DNA of 64,000 nucleotides from an uncultured Staphylococcaceae bacterium (GTDB lineage Bacteria; Bacillota_I; Bacilli_A; RFN20; CAG-826): NCBI GenBank assembly GCA_964654155.1, contig CAZZGL010000002.1, positions 35,902 to 99,901 of the forward strand, read 5' to 3'. Shown piece by piece: positions 58,625 to 64,000 of this stretch (position 1 is its first letter; each line of letters starts with the position of its first letter). The notes under the pieces were generated by a model. It saw only the letters and a program-made list of their open reading frames with translations, ran no database searches and was not told where the DNA came from. The position numbers and the translations under genes were made by a program.

Positions 58625-60949
58625 CTATTGTCCATCTTCTCTTAGACATTCAATAGGATCTTTTTTTGCGGCTACAATTGCAGGAATTAGTCCAGAAACT
58701 AATGTTACAATAATACTAATCAATAACATTACCGGCGCAACCCACCATCTAAAATTATCAATATTTACAGGAGTGGAATTAAGCATCGCTGTTGAATATT
58801 GGGCAATCATTACTTTTACAACTTTACTAACAGGTTTATTTAGTATTGCTGCACCAATAATGCCAATGATTCCTGAACATATTCCTATTGCGCTAGATTC
58901 CAATAAAAACATTAGTCTAATATCTTTTTTTCTTGCTCCTATACTTCTTAATAATCCGATTTCTTTTTTTCGTTCTAAAACTGATATATATATTAATATT
59001 CCAATTAATAACGCACTAACTACTATAAAAACCATTGCAAAAACAAGCATAACATTTGAAAACAAACTTACAAGCATCGAAAATTCATTAGTAACCAATT
59101 CAATATAATCGTACGTTCTTACAATCATTAACGATTCTTCATCAATTTTGTAATTTTCAACATAATCTATAATTGCTAATCTATTTTCAAAATTATCTGT
59201 GTAATAATACAATTGCGTAATAACTTCTTTATAACCAATATTAACCAATCTTTGTTCATACATATAACTTGCTGAATATGAATAATTACCCGATACATAG
59301 TTTTCAAAAGGAAGTCCAGTAAAAACATCTTTTGTTTCTTTATATTCTAGTTGCTCTTTAACTATCTCACTTTCAGCTGCGCGTTCTTTAACATAAGAAG
59401 TAAATTCAGGAGTATATAAAATTCCCGGTTGATATAAAGGCGTTTTTGAATTCTCTTTTTCTCGTAAAATTCCAACGATTTTTAATGAAGTTTTTGAATT
59501 TTCGAATAATCTTTGATAATGATTTTCTCCATATACATAATATTTATCATCACTTTTAACATAATAATCGTCGTTTTCAATATATCGATATTCTTTATTG
59601 TTCAACAAATCACTAAAATATATTTTATCTTCCGTAATATTAAAGCCCAGTGATTCTAACAAAGAAGCATCGATTCTGTTATAAGTATCAACAACTATGG
59701 CCATTTCATTTAAAGAAGATGGGATTTTTCCTAATAAACAATCATATTGTTCATTAACGAATTCTTCATTATCCACAATTTGTTCAAAGTAACTTGAAGC
59801 TATTTTTTTATATGTTCCTCCATTATTAGTAATTAATTGAAAGTTAATATATGAATTGCTATCTTTAATTGTGTAAAGATTTTGATCCATTCCATCTAAA
59901 TATGTTAAAAAATCATTTTGAAAAGAATTAATATGTTCCTGTGTAACCATATCTCCTTTTTCTACAATAATATAATCAGTATTTGGGTATTCAACAAGTA
60001 TATCTTTATTATTCTCCGATGATGTTCTTCGATAAGATGTTACAGTAACCGGATATTTACCAAGTGATGTTTCTTGGGCATCGCCGATATAATCACGGAT
60101 GCCTGAAGTCAATGACAAAATTAAACCCATTCCAATAATCCCTACACTTCCTGCGATTATAGTCAAAAAACTTCTTAATTTTTTATTAAACAAGTTTTTA
60201 AATCCCCATTTAAACGATGTCATAAAAGGAATTCTAACTTTATTAAATTCTTTAATTTCTTCTTTTTTATATTCTTTAAAATTTGCACTATCATCGACAA
60301 TTTTTCCATCGAGCATTGATATAATTCTAGTGCCATATTTATACGCAAACTCTTTATTATGAGTTACCATTATAACAAGATGAGAACGAGATATTTCCTT
60401 TAATAAACAAATAATATCTTCTGCACTTTTAGAATCTAACGCTCCTGTTGGTTCATCCGCTAAAACGATATATGGAGATGAAATAAGCGCTCTTGCTATT
60501 GCTACACGTTGTTTTTGCCCTCCAGACAGCATTTTTGGATATGCATCTTTTTTATCATATAATCCCACTTTTTTTAATACAGAATCGACTTTTTCTTCAA
60601 TATTTTCATTTTGTGATGACATTTCTAATGTTAATGCTACATTATCATAAACCGTTAAATGTGGTATTAAATAACAATTTTGAAATACAAATCCTACACA
60701 TTGATTACGATAACTATCAAAGTCAGAATCACAAAAACATGATACTGGTTTATTATTAATTATCACTTCACCATTATAGTCGTTATCTAATCCTCCTAAA
60801 ATATTTAAAAGTGTAGTTTTTCCACATCCTGATGGTCCTAAAATCATCACAAATCCTTTATCTTCAAAATCAATTGAAATATTATTAAGCGCCATACATT
60901 CTAATGAACCTGAACGATATATTTTTGTAACATTTTTTAATTTAATCAT
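58625..60949 (-). CDS. ABC transporter with an ATPase fused to an FtsX-type permease (MacB/LolCDE-like)
   Basis: N-terminal NBD (GPSGCGKTT, LSGGQKQR, LADEPT), a large extracytoplasmic domain and a C-terminal 4-TM FtsX-like module. Confidence 0.8.
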   Translation of the reverse strand: MIKLKNVTKIYRSGSLECMALNNISIDFEDKGFVMILGPSGCGKTTLLNILGGLDNDYNGEVIINNKPVSCFCDSDFDSYRNQCVGFVFQNCYLIPHLTVYDNVALTLEMSSQNENIEEKVDSVLKKVGLYDKKDAYPKMLSGGQKQRVAIARALISSPYIVLADEPTGALDSKSAEDIICLLKEISRSHLVIMVTHNKEFAYKYGTRIISMLDGKIVDDSANFKEYKKEEIKEFNKVRIPFMTSFKWGFKNLFNKKLRSFLTIIAGSVGIIGMGLILSLTSGIRDYIGDAQETSLGKYPVTVTSYRRTSSENNKDILVEYPNTDYIIVEKGDMVTQEHINSFQNDFLTYLDGMDQNLYTIKDSNSYINFQLITNNGGTYKKIASSYFEQIVDNEEFVNEQYDCLLGKIPSSLNEMAIVVDTYNRIDASLLESLGFNITEDKIYFSDLLNNKEYRYIENDDYYVKSDDKYYVYGENHYQRLFENSKTSLKIVGILREKENSKTPLYQPGILYTPEFTSYVKERAAESEIVKEQLEYKETKDVFTGLPFENYVSGNYSYSASYMYEQRLVNIGYKEVITQLYYYTDNFENRLAIIDYVENYKIDEESLMIVRTYDYIELVTNEFSMLVSLFSNVMLVFAMVFIVVSALLIGILIYISVLERKKEIGLLRSIGARKKDIRLMFLLESSAIGICSGIIGIIGAAILNKPVSKVVKVMIAQYSTAMLNSTPVNIDNFRWWVAPVMLLISIIVTLVSGLIPAIVAAKKDPIECLREDGQ

Positions 60950-61074
60950 TTATGACACCTTCTTACTTTTTGTATTGCATTTGTAATATTATAACAAATA
61001 TAAATTATAATGATGCGATATCTTTTTTGCCGCTCTATGGTATAATTGATTGAAATAAAAAGGAGGAACAACTA

Positions 61075-62469
61075 ATGATTAGTAAAAATATCGCAATTAA
61101 AGTCTTAAATACCGGACTAGAAACTGGCGCGGATTTTGCTGAAATATATTTAGAAGAAACATTTACAACTGTAATGGAAATGGATAATGGCAAAGTTAAA
61201 TCTATCAATTCTGGAATTTCCTATGGAGCAGGTATTCGTTTATTAAAAAACTTGCAAAGTGTTTATGGCTACACAAATGATATTTCTTTAAAAGGTTTAT
61301 TGAAACTCGCATCATCTTTATCTTCTTCTTTTAACGATGAAAGATTAATAACCGTCGATAAAATTGAAAAAGTTCGTGTAAAAAAACACCATAGAGCTAA
61401 AATGCCTCTTGGCAATGTATCAAAAGAAAGAAAAATCGAATTAATGAATGAAGCTTATGAAGCGTGTTCAGGCTATGATCAACATATTACAAGAACAAAA
61501 ATTACATTTAATGACAATACAAAAAAAGTTACCATTTTTAATTCAAATGGAAAAGAATTTTACGATGAAAGAGGTAGAGGAAGAATTTATATAATCGCTC
61601 AAGCTTCCGAAAATGGAAAAATTGAAACTTTCGGTGTTGGTCCAGGTGCTCAAAAAGGCTTAGAATTTTTCACCGATGATATTAATATAAAAGATATTGC
61701 AATAGACTGCGCCAAAACAGCTTTAACAATGTTAAACGCCGATGAATGTCCAAGTGGCAAAATGACTGTGGTTATCGGTAATGGATTCGGCGGTGTCATT
61801 TTCCACGAGGCTTGCGGTCATGGTTTAGAAGCAAGTGCAGTATCAAAAAAACTATCTGTTTTCTCTGATAAATTAGGCACTAAAATTGCCTCTGATATTG
61901 TTTCTGCAGTCGACGATGGCACTATTGAAAATGGTTGGGGTTCAGGAAATATTGATGATGAAGGCAATCCAACTCAAAGAAATGTTTTAATTGAAAATGG
62001 AATTTTAAAATCTTATTTAGTCGATGACTTTCATGGTCGTAGAATGGGCCTTAAAGGTAACGGCGCTACTAGAAGAGAATCTTATCAATATGAACCTACA
62101 TCTCGTATGTCAAACACCTTTATTTTAGGTGGTAAATCAACAACTGAAGAAATAATTGCCGATACCGAATACGGATTATACGCCAAATCTTTAGGAGGAG
62201 GATCGGTCAATCCAACTACTGGAGACTTTAATTTCGCTGTTTTAGAAGGATATTTAATTGAAAATGGAAAAATTACTAAGCCAGTTAAAGGCGCTACTTT
62301 AATTGGTAATGGCGCTGAAGTATTATTAAAAATTGACCGTATTGGTAACAATCTTGAAAGAGCCCAAGGAATGTGCGGAGCATCATCAGGCTCAATACCA
62401 GCTGATGTTGGTCAACCAACAATTCGCGTTCAAGATATTACTGTTGGAGGAAGAGGAGGTGCAAAATAA
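61075..62469 (+). CDS. tldD: TldD-family metalloprotease
   Basis: HEACGHGLE (HExxxH) and the GxC motif region. PmbA_TldD fold. Confidence 0.85.
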   Translation: MISKNIAIKVLNTGLETGADFAEIYLEETFTTVMEMDNGKVKSINSGISYGAGIRLLKNLQSVYGYTNDISLKGLLKLASSLSSSFNDERLITVDKIEKVRVKKHHRAKMPLGNVSKERKIELMNEAYEACSGYDQHITRTKITFNDNTKKVTIFNSNGKEFYDERGRGRIYIIAQASENGKIETFGVGPGAQKGLEFFTDDINIKDIAIDCAKTALTMLNADECPSGKMTVVIGNGFGGVIFHEACGHGLEASAVSKKLSVFSDKLGTKIASDIVSAVDDGTIENGWGSGNIDDEGNPTQRNVLIENGILKSYLVDDFHGRRMGLKGNGATRRESYQYEPTSRMSNTFILGGKSTTEEIIADTEYGLYAKSLGGGSVNPTTGDFNFAVLEGYLIENGKITKPVKGATLIGNGAEVLLKIDRIGNNLERAQGMCGASSGSIPADVGQPTIRVQDITVGGRGGAK

Positions 62470-63797
62470 TGAACTATAAAAAATATATTGAAGTTGCTAA
62501 AAAAATGGGATTAGAAGATTTTGAATTATATGTCCAAAAAAGCTATCGTTTAAGCATTGAACTTTTTCATCAAGAAATAAGCAATTTCACTATCGCTGAT
62601 TCTATTATTTTAGCCGCTAGAGGCATTTATGAAGGAAAAATGGGATATGCTTATAGTGAATTAAACGACAATACCACCCCTATTTTCCTTGCAGAACAAG
62701 TTATTGAAAATGCAAAGTGCATTTCCACTACCGAAGTCCCAGAAATATTCAAAGGTTCTGCTCACTATAAAAAGAAAATAACCTATGATCCAACTTTAGA
62801 AACAATTTCTAATGAAACAAAAATTGCTATGCTTAAAGATATTGAAGCTAAATTAAGAAAGATTGACTCTCGTATAATTGAAGTCGGTGGTGTTTCTTAT
62901 GAAGAAAGCGTTGGTGAAGTTTCAATCATTAATTCTCATGGATTATCTTTAAAGCATAAAGCTAATGACTATATGATCTATGCAGAGGCTGTTGCTAAGG
63001 AAAATGAAGAAATTAAAACCGGATATAAAATTCATTTTGGAACTTCTTTAAATGATTTTAATGTTGAAAATTTTGTTAATCAAGTTGCCAAAACCGCTCT
63101 TGAAAAATTAGGTGGTGAACCTTGTGAAAGTAAATCTTATCCTTGCGTTTTCAATCAAAAAGTATTTTCTAACTTATTAAACTGTTATCTAGCAAGCTTA
63201 AATGCCGAAGAAGTACAAAAACATTCATCTTTCTTAGAAGGCAAAATTGGACAACCTGTTGCTAGTAAAAAACTTACTATTATTGAAAACCCTTTAGAAA
63301 AGAATGTCTTCTTTAGATATTTTGATGATGAAGGTGTTGCAACTTATGCAAAAACTTTAATCGAAAAAGGCATATTAAAGACCTATTTATATAATCTAGA
63401 AACCGCTAAAAAAGATGGTGTTTCATCAACAGGTAATGGATATAAAGCCTCTGCGAAAGGAAAAATTGGAATTCAATTTACAAATATTTTCGTTAAAGAA
63501 GGCAATAAAAGCGAAGAAGAAATTTTTGCAAATATAAAAGAAGGCGTATACATTACCGATGTTCAAGGATTGCATGCAGGTATGAATATCACCAGTGGTA
63601 ATTTTTCTTTACAAGCATCTGGATTTATGATTAAAGATGGAAAAATAGATAAACCTATTAACCTTATAACAATTGCTGGAAATCTTTTAAAAGTAATGGA
63701 AGATATTATTTGTTTAGCCAATAACAGCGAAACTCAACTATCTGCAATTACTTGTCCAAGTGTTTATATTAAATCGATAAGCGTTTCTGGAAAATAA
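62469..63797 (+). CDS. pmbA: PmbA/TldE-family protein, partner of TldD
   Basis: TldD/PmbA family without the HExxxH motif. Its start overlaps the tldD stop (ATAATG). Confidence 0.8.
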   Translation: MNYKKYIEVAKKMGLEDFELYVQKSYRLSIELFHQEISNFTIADSIILAARGIYEGKMGYAYSELNDNTTPIFLAEQVIENAKCISTTEVPEIFKGSAHYKKKITYDPTLETISNETKIAMLKDIEAKLRKIDSRIIEVGGVSYEESVGEVSIINSHGLSLKHKANDYMIYAEAVAKENEEIKTGYKIHFGTSLNDFNVENFVNQVAKTALEKLGGEPCESKSYPCVFNQKVFSNLLNCYLASLNAEEVQKHSSFLEGKIGQPVASKKLTIIENPLEKNVFFRYFDDEGVATYAKTLIEKGILKTYLYNLETAKKDGVSSTGNGYKASAKGKIGIQFTNIFVKEGNKSEEEIFANIKEGVYITDVQGLHAGMNITSGNFSLQASGFMIKDGKIDKPINLITIAGNLLKVMEDIICLANNSETQLSAITCPSVYIKSISVSGK

Positions 63798-63801
63798 AAA
63801 A

Positions 63802-63858
63802 AAGCCCTAATGTGAATAACTTAATGAAATGTTATTTTCACATTAGGCTTTTATTTTC
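63802..63858. terminator. Bidirectional terminator between pmbA (+) and the convergent degV-like gene (-)
   Basis: CCTAATGTGAA ... TTCACATTAGG, an 11-14-bp perfect stem with a ~20-nt loop, followed by TTTTATTTT. Confidence 0.6.
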
Positions 63859-64000
63859 TTAATTTTTTAAAATATATAAAATTCCAATTGTTCCTTTTCC
63901 ACAGTGAGAAGAGATAACACAACCTGCTTCTGTAACCATAATGCTTTCTTTTGGTATTATTTTAGACAATTCTTTATAAAGATAATGTTCCCCTACAGGG
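63859..64000 (-). CDS. C-terminal part of a DegV-family (fatty-acid-binding) protein; the gene continues beyond the window
   Basis: Minus-strand translation ...MVTEAGCVISSHCGKGTIGILYILKN* resembles the DegV C-terminus (xVIGxHxGPGxxGxxF). Confidence 0.45.
   Translation of the reverse strand, partial: PVGEHYLYKELSKIIPKESIMVTEAGCVISSHCGKGTIGILYILKN

Overview
AT-rich (~27-30% GC) standard-code Firmicutes/Mollicutes-like chromosome segment; long genes are intact under table 11 and lipoprotein signal peptides are abundant. Layout, left to right. (1) 1-16.3 kb, housekeeping and carbohydrate genes: a LacI-family regulator with a perfect TGAAACCGGTTTCA operator, a GH30 hydrolase, a DUF624/YesL membrane protein, the tRNA-queuosine operon tgt-queA-queH, cell-envelope genes, an OLD/ABC-like ATPase, pepT, yebC, rpmE, metG and rlmD. 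(2) 16.4-25.8 kb, a tightly packed defense island with no tRNA or integrase. It holds a translationally coupled DUF262/ParB-like NTPase plus SNF2 helicase, a MutH/Sau3AI-like endonuclease, an overlapping HNH nuclease, a C5-cytosine methyltransferase, a separately controlled PLD(HKD) nuclease carrying a nested palindromic operator, an AAA+ ATPase, and a small membrane ORF interrupted by an in-frame TAA. This gene set resembles DISARM and split GmrSD but matches no named system, so it is the best candidate for an undescribed defense system. (3) 25.9-30.1 kb: an exported GDPD-domain protein and a GH31 hydrolase. (4) 30.19-31.68 kb: a complete ISL3-family IS with 24-bp perfect terminal inverted repeats and a hairpin that sequesters the transposase RBS. 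(5) 31.7-52.8 kb: a surface-lipoprotein cluster of 11 consecutive minus-strand lipoprotein genes in four transcription units. It includes an InlB-B-repeat giant with DNA-level 243-bp tandem repeats, a Big_2 protein, a BspA-like LRR protein, a CotH-like protein, and a tandem pair of M6-like zincin lipoproteins in which one copy has HExxH mutated to KEACH. Two unit leaders share GC-rich ACACAT/ATGTGT palindromes. (6) 52.9-64 kb: a NYN+OST-HTH protein, a heterodimeric ABC exporter, a MacB/FtsX-type ABC protein, TldD/PmbA and a partial DegV gene. No rRNA, tRNA or CRISPR array was found.
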